Source of the DNA: Mobula hypostoma
Lineage: Eukaryota
DNA: 64,000 nt
Direction: 5' to 3'
Assembly (NCBI RefSeq): GCF_963921235.1
Contig: NC_086097.1
Span: 228,844,001 to 228,908,000, forward strand
A program made the position numbers and the translations under genes. Below, in pieces: positions 1 through 10,850 of this stretch (the stretch's first letter is position 1; each line of letters starts with the position of its first letter). Below the pieces are notes generated by a model that had not been told where the DNA came from, made no database searches, and saw only the letters and a list, made by a program, of their open reading frames with translations.

Positions 1-2504
1 ACCCGCACACACCACCCAACATCACGCCAACTGCCGCACTACCGACACCACTTGCGGCCTCTCCACCCTCAGGATCCCTTCCCCATCGCTGTTTGCCAAC
101 CTGACCCCCGACTGTAAACCTGTGGCAACTAAAAACAGGAGGTACAGCGCGGGGGACAGAGCTTTCATTAAATCAGAGGTGCAGCGGCCGCTCAGGGAGG
201 GGGGTCATTGAGACAAGCACAAGTCCTTGGAGGGCGCAGGTTGTCGTTGTTCGGAACGGGGAGAAGAATAGGATGGTCGTGAACTATAGCCAGACCATCA
301 ATAGGTTCACACAGCTCGACGCGTACCCTCTACCCCACATCGTGGATATGGTCAATCAGATTGCACAGTACAAGGTGTACTCGACCATAGACCTAAAATC
401 CGCTTACCATCAGCTCCCCATCCACCCGGAGGACCGCCCTTACACTGCCTTCGAGGCGGACGGCAGGCTTTATCAATTCCTGCGCGTCCCCTTCGGTGTC
501 ACGAATGGTGTATCTGTCTTCCAGAGGGCAATGGACCAGATGGTGGACCAGTGCCAACTGAAGGCCACGTTTCCATATCTGGATAACATCACCATCTGCG
601 GTCACAACCGGCAGGATCACGACAACAACCTCCAAAAATTTCTCCAAGCGGCCAAAGCTTTCAGTCTCACCTATAACAAGGACAAGTGTGTATTCGGGAC
701 CACCCGACTTGCTATCCTTGGGTGTGTTGTGGAGAATGGAGTCATTGACCCTGACCCCGACCGTATGCGCCCCCTGTTGGAACTCCCTCTTCCCAACACC
801 CTCAGAGCCCTCAAAAGGTGCCTGGGCTTCTTTTCATATTACGCCCAATGGGTCTCTAACTGTGCAGACAAGGTCCGCCCCCTGGTCAAGTCCACCACAT
901 TCCCCCTCCCTGCCGAGGCCCGCGCGGCCTTCAGCTGCATAAAAGGGGACATTGCCAAAGCAGCAATGCATGCGGTGGATGAGTCCATTTCCTTCCAAGT
1001 AGAGAGTGACGCCTCCGACTTTGCGCTGGCTGCTACCCTCAACCAGGCAGGAAGACCAGTGGCGTTCTTCTCCCGTACCCTTCAAGGCCCTGAAATTTGG
1101 CACTCCGCGGTGGAGAAAGAGGTCCAGGCCATAGTGGAAGCTATTAGGCACTGGAGGCACTATCTTGCTGGCAAAAGGTTCACCCTGCTAACTGACCAGC
1201 GCTCAGTTGCATTCATGTTTAATAATCAGCAGTGGAGCAAAATCAAAAATGATAAAATTCTGAGGTGGAGAATCGAACTTTCCACCTACAACTATGACAT
1301 CGTGTACAGGCCTGGGAAGCTCAACGAGCCCTCCGATGCCCTATCCCGGAGAACATGCGCCAGCGTGCAGATCGACCGGCTATACACCCTACATGTAGAT
1401 CTTTGCCACCCGGGGGTCACCTGGCTTTTCCACTTTGTGAAAGCCCGGAACCTGCCTTACTCCCTTGAGGAGATCAGGACGATGACCAGGGACTGCCAAG
1501 TCTGCGCAGAGTGCAAACCGCACTTCTACCAACCCGAAAAGGCACAACTCATCAAGGCCACCCACCCCTTTGAGCTACTGGGTGTCGACTTTAAGGGCCC
1601 CCTTCCCTCCACCGACCGCAATGTGTACTTTTTTGACGTTATCGACGAGTACTCGCGGTTCCCCTTCCCCATCCCCTGCCCCGACACCACTACCACGTCA
1701 GTTATAAAAGCCCTGCGCAAGCTCTTCACTCTGTTCAGATACCCATGCTATATCCACAGTGACAGAGGGTCCTCGTTTATGAGTGACGAGCTGCGCCAAT
1801 TCCTGCTGGCTAGGGGAATTGCAACCAGTAGGACCACAAGCTATAATCCCCGGGGGAATGGACAGGTGGAGAAGGAGAATGGCACGGTGTGGAAAGCCAC
1901 ACTCTTAGCCCTCAGGTCAAAGGGACTGCCAGTCTCTCGCTGGCAGGAGGTCCTTCCCTAGGCACTCCACTCCATCCGCTCCCTGTTATGCACGGCCACC
2001 AATGCCACCCCTCATGAGCGGCTCTTTTCTTTTCCCAGGAAGTCGACCACTGGGACCACCCTACCAACTTGGCTGACGTCCCCGGGGCCAGTGCTGCTCT
2101 GGAAACATGCGAGGAGCAATAAATACTCCCCGATAGTCGAGAGGGTTCACTTACTTCATGTGAACCCCCAGTATGCCTACGTGGTTTTATCTGATGGGCG
2201 GGAGGACACAGTCTCCATCCGCAACCTGGCGCCCGCAGGAGCACCGGGCCCCTACCCTGAACACTCCATGGTGACTATTAACCCCGTATCCACCGATATA
2301 TATACCCATGAGACACCGTGCACTCCAAGCCCTACACAGACACCACACGACACTCCTATACCGGGTGCAACGCACACGCACGAGGGATTACCGACACCTA
2401 ATGTGCTGACACCTGAAGTCAGGCCGGAGCCAGCACAACCGCCATCGCCGGTGCTACGTAGATCGCAGCGACGGACTCGACCGTCTGATAGACTTAACCT
2501 GTAA
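1..2504 (+). mobile_element. Gypsy/Ty3 LTR retrotransposon pol (RT-RNase H-integrase), 5' part outside the window, disabled by one frameshift and one nonsense codon
   Basis: ORF 273-1961 carries RT motifs (TIDLKSAYHQ, PFGVTNG, YLDN), RNase H (ESDASD, TDQRS) and integrase HHCC (H..CH...CQVC) plus D,D,E (VDFKG, SDRG, VEKEN), in Gypsy order. ORF 2091-2504 is in the same frame after a single TAG at 1959-1961. The upstream frame (LFANLTPDCKPVATKNRRYS...EG) joins by removing one G from the run at 200-204. Confidence 0.95.
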
Positions 2505-2558
2505 ATATACTTCTTGTAAATATTGTCAGTCACTTCACCCCGCGGGACTCTCTTCTTT

Positions 2559-2813
2559 AAAAAGGAGGGGTGAATCTGGTAAACCATATATATATGTTGT
2601 AACTGGGTTACCTGTCTGGACATGACTGGACACGCCCCTCTGCTGACTGCTCCTGTGGCTCCTCCCACAGACCCCTCAATAAAGGCAATTGCGCCATTGC
2701 TCCTCCCTCAGTCCAGGACAAATACTCAGCATGGACGCTGGTCCATTTTACTGTTAAAAGCCTTTCAGTACTTACTCTACTTCCAGTCTTTTGGAGTAAT
2801 TGATAGTGCATCA
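2559..2813 (+). mobile_element. Polypurine tract (2559-2570) and 3' LTR (about 2571/2575-2813) of the Gypsy element
   Basis: AAAAAGGAGGGG follows the integrase stop, then TG at 2571. The segment ends GTGCATCA at 2813. The exact LTR start and end cannot be confirmed because the 5' LTR is outside the window. Confidence 0.7.
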
Positions 2814-2925
2814 GTATCAGATAGTCCAAGCCCTCAAAAGTTCCCAGTTAGGACAGCAGTTCACAGTGTTGAGGCTTCATATCACCAATGCACCCATATC
2901 TCCACAGACATCTGCATATAGTGCT

Positions 2926-3155
2926 AACAACAGGAATTCTGCAGATGCTGGAAATTCAAGCAACACACATCAAAGTTGCTGGTGAACGCAGTAGGCCAGG
3001 CAGCATCTCTAGGAAGAGGTGCTGGAAATTCAAGCAACACACATCAAAGTTGCTGGTGTCCTTCGTGACAAAGGGTCTTGGCCTGAAACATCGACTGTAC
3101 CTCTCCCTAGAGATGCTGCCTGGCCTGCTGCGTTCACCAGCAACTTTTATGTGTG
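2926..3155. mobile_element. Penelope-like (PLE) derived inverted-repeat insertion with 14-bp TSD
   Basis: Arms 2961-3020 and 3099-3155 are reverse complements. The direct repeat CTGCATATAGTGCT flanks it at 2912-2925 and 3156-3169. Same family as the PLE end at 56840-56980. Confidence 0.85.
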
Positions 3156-3362
3156 CTGCATATAGTGCTCCCACTTTCTTACTCCAGAAGTACATTCTCC
3201 ATTGCCATTTGAAGCAGGTGCTTTCTGACCTTACTTATTAACTGATAATAAATGATAAGCTACATAGCCCCGGGGTGCAGAAAGCAATAACTACAGGACA
3301 GACAGTGATGCAAACCACCTATTTAAGCAGCTCCTGGTATTCATTTTAACACACTTGAACTG

Positions 3363-3628
3363 GGGAGCCACGGTGGCGCAGCGGTTGGTGAGAAATTATT
3401 ACAGCTCGGGGTGGTGGAATTCAGAGCTCAATCCCGGCGTCCTCTGTAAGAAGTCTGCACGCCCTCCCCGTGGAATGCGTGGATTTTCTCCAGGTCCTCC
3501 CGTTTCGTTCCACAGTCCAAAGACCTAATGGTTGGTAGGTTAGTTGGTCGTTGTAAATCATCCTGTGATGAGGTTAGGGTTAATTGGGGCTTGCTGGGCA
3601 GTGCGGCTCGAAGAGCTAGAAGGGCCTA
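3363..3628 (+). mobile_element. tRNA-derived SINE (HE1/V-SINE type)
   Basis: A-box TGGCGCAGCGG at 3374, degenerate B-box near 3424, V-domain-like core TCCCCGTG...TTTCGTTCCACAGTCCAAAGAC. Homologous copies elsewhere in the window. Confidence 0.8.
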
Positions 3629-4013
3629 ATTTTTTAAAAAACATAAAATTTGATTCAATTGTACCGAAACACACAGCTTCTTATTTTTGTTTTCCTTTCC
3701 ACAATTAATAATTTCCATTTTGTTTTTAAGATTGCAATAAAGCTTCAAATCGCTGCGTATAGTACCATACACCTGGCCTCAGATGCGATTATCTGTGGAG
3801 AGCACTTAGCCATTGGAAATGATTTTGCCATCTTCAGAAAGAACCACCTATTGCCAATGTCCTTCCATTATCACTTCAATCACATTAACTTCCTTGCACT
3901 GTGCATCAGCATCTAGCTTACACTCTCAGTGCAGCCAGATTTCCTGCCTATCACTCTATGTCAGGTAATGTTCTGTCTTCTGTGTGATTATTTCCTAGGG
4001 CATATTAACCCCA

Positions 4014-4148
4014 CTGATGCAGGGCACTCAGTCTGAAATGTCAACAATTCCTCCCCCCCCCCCCCCCCACAGATGTTGCTCGGCCTGTGGACTTCCTCCA
4101 GTAGTTTGCATTCACTCCAGGTTCCAGCATCTGCAGTCTCTTCTATCT
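4014..4148 (+). mobile_element. Degenerate Penelope-like terminal fragment
   Basis: CTGATGCAGGG...GAAATGTC followed by AGATGTTGC...TTCCAGCATCTGCAG, as in the other PLE ends. Confidence 0.6.
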
Positions 4149-4354
4149 TTTAACTTTGCTCAGATTATTCTGAAATGGGAGTAGAGTCAGAATTTATTAT
4201 GGCACTGGATGAAAACATTTGAGATAATTCCGTGTATTTTAATGATTCTTCCTTTGGCCAACACTAAACAAAATATAATGACTCCAATTAGGAAAGATGT
4301 AATGCAACAGCACTTAAGTTTAGCTTCCTTATTTACCTTTAAATGATTCTTTTT

Positions 4355-4957
4355 TTCAGATTCAGATTCAGATTTACTTGCTGCCTGTACATCGAAACAT
4401 ACAGTGAAATGTATCATCTGCATTCACAACCAACACCCCTAGCGCAACTTTGGCCTGCAAGTGTCACCACACATTCAAGCGCCAACATAGCTTTTCCAGC
4501 ATGCAAGGCAGAACAACACAGAACAGAAAACAGAACATACCAAATGACAAAGCAACAACAGCAAAACAAGCCCCGTTTCTCCCTCCCACCCTCCCACACA
4601 CTTACACAGTCGCCTAACTCTAAGGCAGGCCATCTTCTTTGACCTCCAACCTCTGGCAATCGCTGACACTGGGCTTCATCATCCCCGAAGGACTTGCAGA
4701 CAAGGGGGGGTCCAAATATCAGTCTTCAACTTCTGGACTTCCAATCGTCCTTCGGGCTTCACCACATCCATATTACTGACCTTCAAATGTGAAGCAGAGG
4801 CTTAGATCCTGGCCTAGCCTCCAACTCCCCCACATCCCCGGCCCTAAACCCTAACCTGATCCCTAAATCCCCTGTCTGTCCCCAAAACCATCCCTTATTT
4901 CTTCCCCTTTATGACGAACCTCACTTGGGAAAGGGAGAGACGGTCACCATGTTGCCA
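4355..4957 (-). mobile_element. Non-autonomous retroposon (SINE/LINE-derived) with (TCTGAA)n tail
   Basis: (TTCAGA)n microsatellite tail at 4355-4373. The 3' region is shared with 21715-21840, 24043-24200 and 45490-45620. Confidence 0.55.
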
Positions 4958-5311
4958 ACCCACAAGCAAGCCTGTCCCTGTGCAGTTTTGAGGAAGGTCA
5001 TGCTTGATTTACTTCATAGATTTCCTTTAATTTATTTTTTCCGGATAAAGATGTAGTTGGCATGACCAGCATCGACTGTTCATCATTAATTGCGCTTGAG
5101 AAAGTGGTGGTGAAGCCAGCTGCTTGAGTTGCAGCCTGTTATCCCACTCTGTTGTTTGTTAGGCACTTCCAGGATCTAGAGCCAGAAAATGTGTAAAATT
5201 CCCAGTTCAGAGTCTATGGGGATAGAACTTAAAATTATGAATATACAATCACTCTGATGGAACTATACCATAGACCAGCCCACCCTATAACCAACGGAGC
5301 ATTGGAGAATG

Positions 5312-6040
5312 CACTGAAGAGGGCTAAGGCACCGGTGACCCTTGTTTCCATTCAGGGTGTCAGTGTGGACATGGTGGAGGATTACAAGTACCTGGGGATA
5401 CGAATTGACAATAAACTGGACTGGTCAAAGAACACTGAGGCTGTCTACAAGAAGGGTCAGAGCCGTCTCTATTTCCTGAGGAGACTGAGGTCCTTTAACA
5501 TCTGCCGGACGATGCTGAGGATGTCCTACGAGTCTGTGGTGGCCAGTGCTATCATGTTTGCTGTTTTGTGCTGGGGTAGCAGGCTGAGGGTAGCAGACAC
5601 CAACAGAATCAACAATCTCATTCGTAAGGCCAGTGATGTTGTGGGGATGGAACTGGATTCTCTCACGGTGGTGTCTGAAAAGAGGATGCTGTCCAAGTTG
5701 CGTGCCATCTTGGTCAATGTCTCCCATCCACTACATAATGTACTGGTTGGGCACAGGAGTACATTCAGCCAGAGGCTCATTCTTCCGAGATGCAACACAG
5801 AGCGTCATAGGAAGTCATTCCTGCCTGTGGCCATCAAACTTTACAACTCCTCCCTTGGAGGGTCAGACACCCTGAGCCAATAGGCTGGTCCTGGACTTAT
5901 TTCTTGGCATAATTTGCATATTACTATTTAACTATTTATGGTTTTATATTGCTATATTTATACTCTATTCTTGGTTGGTGCAACTGTAATGAAAACCAAT
6001 TTCCCTCGGGATCAATAAAGTATGATTATGACTATGACTA
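5312..6040 (+). mobile_element. 5'-truncated Rex1/Babar-type LINE (RT C-terminus and 3' UTR)
   Basis: ORF 5257-5883 contains YKYLGIRIDNKLDW..KKGQSRLYFLRRLRSF...SFLPVAIKLYN. AATAAA is followed by a (TATGAC)n tail. Probable TSD AGAATG at 5306-5311 and 6041-6046. Confidence 0.9.
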
Positions 6041-6963
6041 AGAATGGAGGCAGATTTGGGAAAGGTGCAAAAAGACAGATTCGTCATACCCTAATTGGAC
6101 TGGAACTTCCTTAGTACAAGAGGATTGGATGGGGTAGAAGTTGTTAGGTGCACCAAGCAGAGTTTTTTTTTAAAACAATATATGAATTGTTAACGAAAGG
6201 AGGGGCGGGGGGGTCATACTGGTCCTTTTATAGAGTAATCAACCCTGCCAGGGCACTAACCTTTCAGTGGAGCGACATTTAGGAAACAGTGATCACAACA
6301 TAAGATTTAAGAAAAATATAAATAAAGATTTAAAAATAGACCTTGTTGGAAAGTAAATTGAGGGAGGCTAGATTAGGAGAATATGAGGTAGAAATTAGGT
6401 AGAGTTAATTTGGAATGGTTATTTTTGGGCAAGTCCACATATGCCATTTGGAGGTTATTTGAAACCAGCTGCACAGAATGCAGGACTGGTATGTTTCAGT
6501 AAGAAGGAAGGGCAAGGATGGCAAGGTAAATGAACTCTTAATAATGAATTTGTTGCAAATTTTATTAAAGAAAAAGGAAAAATATGTATGGTTTAGGAAG
6601 ATAAAACTGAATAGCACCAGAGAAGCCAAAGAACTCAAAAAGAGAATTGAGAAAGCCAAGTGGGGCCATGAAAAGTTCTTGGCAAGTAGGATTAAAGAGA
6701 GCTCCAAGGAATTCTATACATCAAGAGGAGGAGGATAATTTGGGAGAGAATAGGACTACTCATGAATAAAAGAGGGAACATGCACTTGGAGATGGAGGAT
6801 TGAATGAGGTCCTAAATGAGAACTTTGCATCAGTATTTACCTAGGACTAGGAAATGAAGGATAGATAGAACAGTATGGAGCATATGCTAATTTCCCCGGC
6901 TAGGTATCTTAAAGGACATTGAGGTGGTTATATCCTCAGGGCCTGATGGGATATACCCTAGGT

Positions 6964-7575
6964 CAGTGGTCCCAAACCTCTGGGCCATGGACTAATACCG
7001 GGACGCGGAGCATGCAGGGTTGTAGCAGTAGCTGGAGCACACCCAGCATATCTTTAAGAAAAAAGCCAAAATAAACAAGCTAATTAATTAGGTGCCACCC
7101 AGAAGCCAGTCTTCATTAGAGGAACTGAGGTGGAGAGGGTCAATAACTTTAAATTCTTCGGCATTAAGGATCGATGTTTCTCTCTGAAAAGTGTCAGAGG
7201 ATCTGTCCTGGGACCAGCATGTAACTGTCATTACAAAGAAAGCACGGCAGTGCCTATACTTTATTAGAAGTTTGTGTAGATTCAGTATGTCACCTCCATC
7301 CTGACAGCCCTGTCTTTTCAACCTGTCTGGGCTGGCGTTTAAATTGACCAAATAATGGAACAGCTAAAGGCTCCAGCGCCCTGGAAAGAGGAGTGAACAT
7401 CGCGTAGAGCAAGTGAGATCAGCAATCGCCTCTGATCTGGGCCAATGTTATGTGCCGGGCGGCACCTAATTAATTAGCTTGTTTATTTCAGCTTTTCTCT
7501 TAAAGATGTGCTGGGTGCGTTCCAGCTACCGCTGCACCCCTGCATGCTTCGCAGCCCGAAGGTTGGGGACAACTG
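6964..7575. mobile_element. hAT (Charlie-like) non-autonomous DNA transposon with long inverted arms
   Basis: Termini CAGTGGTCCCAAACCT / AGGTTGGGGACAACTG. Subterminal inverted repeats of about 90 bp (7008-7100 vs 7457-7550). 8-bp TSD CCCTAGGT (6956-6963) / GCCTAGGT (7576-7583). Confidence 0.88.
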
Positions 7576-7950
7576 GCCTAGGTTATTGAGAGAGGCAAGA
7601 AATGAGACTCATGGGGATTGACCAAGTTCCTTGTGTCCTCCCTAACCACTGCCAAAGTCCCAGAGGACTGGATAGTAGCTAATGTCACTCCTTTGTTCAA
7701 GAAGGGAAGTAGGAAGACTCCCGGAAATTATAGACTGGAGAGTCCTACTTTAGTGATACCGATGTTGGAGAGAATTCTTAGGGACAGGATTTATGACTGT
7801 TTGGAAAAGGTGTGGCTTAATTAGGAACAGTCAACATGGCTTTGTATGGGCCAAGTCATGATTTACTAACTTGACTGAGATTTTTTGAGGAGGTGTCCAT
7901 AAAGACCGATGAAGGTAAAGCAGTGGATATTGTTTACATGAACTTGTTTA

Positions 7951-10150
7951 CATCCTCTTCACATTCACCCTATCTGGTCCTTTCAGCACTCAGTAGGTTT
8001 CAATGAGATCCCCTGCATTCTTCTAAATACCAGTGAGTACAGGCCCAAAGCTGCCAAACAATCCTCATATGTTAACTCCTTCATTCCCAGAATCATCCTT
8101 GTGAACCTCCTCTAGACTGTCTCCAATGACAACACATCCCTTCTGAGATGTGGGGCCGAAAACAGTTGACAATACTCCAAGCGCGGCCTGACTAGTGTCT
8201 TATAATGGCACAGCATTATCTCTTTGCTTTTATATTCTATTCCCCTTGAAATAAATGCCAACATTGCATTTGCTTTCTTTACCACAGACTTGACCTGTAA
8301 ATAATTTTTCTGGGAATTTTGCATGAGGACTCCTAAGTCCCTCTGCACCTCTGATCTTTGAACCTTCTCCCCATTTAGATAATAGTCTGCACTATTGTAC
8401 CTTTTGCCAAAATGCATTATCATACAACACTTTCCAACACTGAATTCTACCTGCCACTTTTTTGTCCAGTCTTCCAATTTGTCTAAGTCCTGCTGCAATC
8501 ACTCCAGCATTACCTGTCCTTCCACCTACCTTCATATTATCTGAAAACTTTTCCACAAAGCCATCAATTCCATTATCTAAATCACTGACAAACAATGAAA
8601 AGCAGCACTCCCAATAAGGGCCCCCGAGAAGCACCACTAGTCACTGGCAGCCACCCAGAAAAGGACCCTTTTATTCCCACCTCCTGCCTTCTGCCTGTCA
8701 GCCATTTCATTATCCATGCTAGTATCTTTCCTGTAATGCTATAGGATTTTATCTTGTTAAGCAGCCTCATGTGTGGCTTCTTATCAAATGCTTCTGAAAA
8801 TCCAAGTAAATGACATCCATTAACTCTCCTTTGTCCACCCTGCTTGTTACTTCCTCAAAGAACTAACAGATTTGTCAGGCAAGATTTCCCTTTATGTAGA
8901 AACCATGCTGACTTTGACTTATTTTATCATTGGTCTCCAAGTATCTCAAATCCTCCTCCTTAACAATAGGTTCCAACGCGTTCCCAATCACTGAGGTTAG
9001 GCTAACTGGCCTATAATTTCCTTTCTTTTGCCTTCCTCCCTTCTTAAAGAGTGGGGTGATATTTGCAATCTTCCAGTCCTCTGGGACTGTGACGGGGTCC
9101 TGAATTACCCCTATGAACTGTGCTTCGAAAAGAGAGAGAGAGTTGTTGAACACAGACACCTTGTTAAAAAGAGAGAGAAAGAAAGAGAGAGAGGCAAAGA
9201 CTGCTCACAGTTTGTTTCTACTTTCTACAAGGACACTAGCAGCTTCCAAGTTCTTACAGAAAGAGAAGGGAGGAGCTGCTTGATGGACAGCTGGTGTTCT
9301 GCACAGGGAGATAAATAGAAGGTCAGCTGTTAGACCTGGAGATACATGGTTTTGGACACTGAATGAGCTTTGTTGTGCCCACAGAAAAGGTGGGTTTTGG
9401 AGGATCGATCAGGCGGATCGATCAGTGGCCCTTGCAGTGTGAAAAGGGTGTGACCGGTGGGGAGTTAGTTGTGTATTCAACCCTTGCCTGGGTTGATAAT
9501 TCCACCACAGAAGAACGGTCCCCTTTGTTGTGGTCACAGTCGGTGACCTCTGAAGGATTTCGGAGGACAACGGGAAGATCGATGGCATCAGCTCACCTGA
9601 AGACTCAAATCTCTCCCTCTCTCTCTCTCCATCACTACTCAACTCAATACCACAAACTGAACTGAACTTTACTCATCATCGTAAGACTATCTATTTACCC
9701 CTAGACTTGAAGAAGCTTAGTTTTCATATATTTCCACACTTACTTATATATATAATCATTGCTAACCTGTTTAATCTATCTGCATTTATATTACTGTATT
9801 GCGTAGTTACTAATAAATACCATTAGTTAATAGCAATACTGGACTCCAAAGTGTTTTCCATTTCTGCTGGTTCTTTAACCCGTCACAGGTTACGTGACAG
9901 GGACCATGTCAGAATCAAGTGATTCTTGAAAGATCATAACCAATGCATCCATTATCTCTTCAGCAACCTCTCTCAGGACGTAGTCCATCTGGTCCAGGTG
10001 ACTTATCCACCTTCAGACCTTTCAGTTTGCCTAGCACTTTTTCCATTGTAATAGCAGTGACACGCACTCTTGCTCCCTGACACTCACGGACCTCTGGCAC
10101 ACTGCAGTGTCTTTCAATGTGAAGATAGGTGCAAAGTACCCAATAGGTGC
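7951..10150 (-). mobile_element. CR1 LINE ORF2 fragment, interrupted by a solo LTR
   Basis: Minus-strand ORFs 8112-8498 (QRDLGV...LVRPRLEYC), 8392-8637 (KFSDNMK) and 8875-9159 (PEDWKIANITPLFKKG..GNYRPVSLTS). Confidence 0.9.
9088..9899 (+). mobile_element. Solo LTR (812 bp) with 5-bp TSD
   Basis: Starts TGTGACG and ends CGTGACA. GGGAC at 9083-9087 and 9900-9904. AATAAA at 9812. CR1 sequence is continuous across the insertion. Confidence 0.9.
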
Positions 10151-10319
10151 ATCTTTATCCATAATGGCTTTGAAGCATCCGGCTAGAATACTTTCTAAAG
10201 AGCAACTATACAACTAGGTGATGGGGACATGCCAAATTTCTTTAGCCCCCTGGAGAAGTCAAGGCACTGGAGTGCATTGCTGATAATGCCATTTATATGT
10301 TTGAAGAAGGATAAGCTAT

Positions 10320-10850
10320 TGATTAGTTAGTTTGCAGATGTAACAAAGATTGGTGACAGTTTGGAAATGTGTAGAAATTGCCAAAGGATACGTATGGCTC
10401 ATTTGCAGAAGTTGGCGGAGAAATGGCATAAGGACTTTATTCTGGCCAAGTATATGAGGTGCTGCAATCTGGGAGATCAGATGTAAAGGGAAAGTACATA
10501 GCAAGTGGTAGCTTCTAAAATTATAAAAAGGCATAGACAAGAGTCAGCAAGTATTTTTCCCCATGGTCAAAATGTTATAGGGCATGCATTTAAGGTGAGA
10601 TAGGAAAATTCAAAGGAGAGGAGTGGAGCAAATTTTTCATACAGAGAGTGGTGGGCGCCTGGAATGTGCTTCCAGGGGTGGTGATAGAAACAGATATGAT
10701 TAAGTGTCTCTTAGACGGGCACATGAATAATGGAGGGATATGAACCACGTGAAAGCAGAAGGGATAAGCTCATTAGTTTAATTAGTTTGGTGCAATATCT
10801 TGGGTTGAAGGACCTGTTCCTGTACTGTACTCTTTTATCTTCTATATTCT
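10320..10850 (+). mobile_element. Old CR1 3' fragment
   Basis: TTTGCAGATG..AAAGATTGG (FAD.TKIG-like) and the CR1 3' block CAGAGAGTGGTG...TGGAATG, ending in a CTGTACTGTACTCT..TTCTATATTCTA tail. Confidence 0.65.

Larger units (their letters stand above)
5230..7950 (+). mobile_element. Old CR1 LINE ORF2 remnant interrupted by Rex1 and hAT insertions
   Basis: Degenerate CR1 peptides: SDHN-like near 6288, ORF 6478-6738, GPDGIYPR|LLREA split by the MITE, and ORF 7618-7824 KVPEDWIVANVTPLFKKG..PGNYR. Confidence 0.8.

Noticed and set aside
1959..1961. Programmed stop-codon readthrough in the Gypsy pol
   Set aside because: The TAG falls inside the integrase core region rather than at a gag-pol boundary. 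A single nonsense mutation is simpler.
2946..3058. CRISPR-like repeat-spacer-repeat (39-nt repeats, 35-nt spacer)
   Set aside because: Only two units in eukaryotic DNA, both repeat and spacer are Penelope-derived, and there are no cas genes.
5257..5883. 208-aa ORF as a host gene
   Set aside because: It is the RT C-terminus of a 5'-truncated Rex1-type LINE. The ATG comes from flanking CR1-derived sequence.
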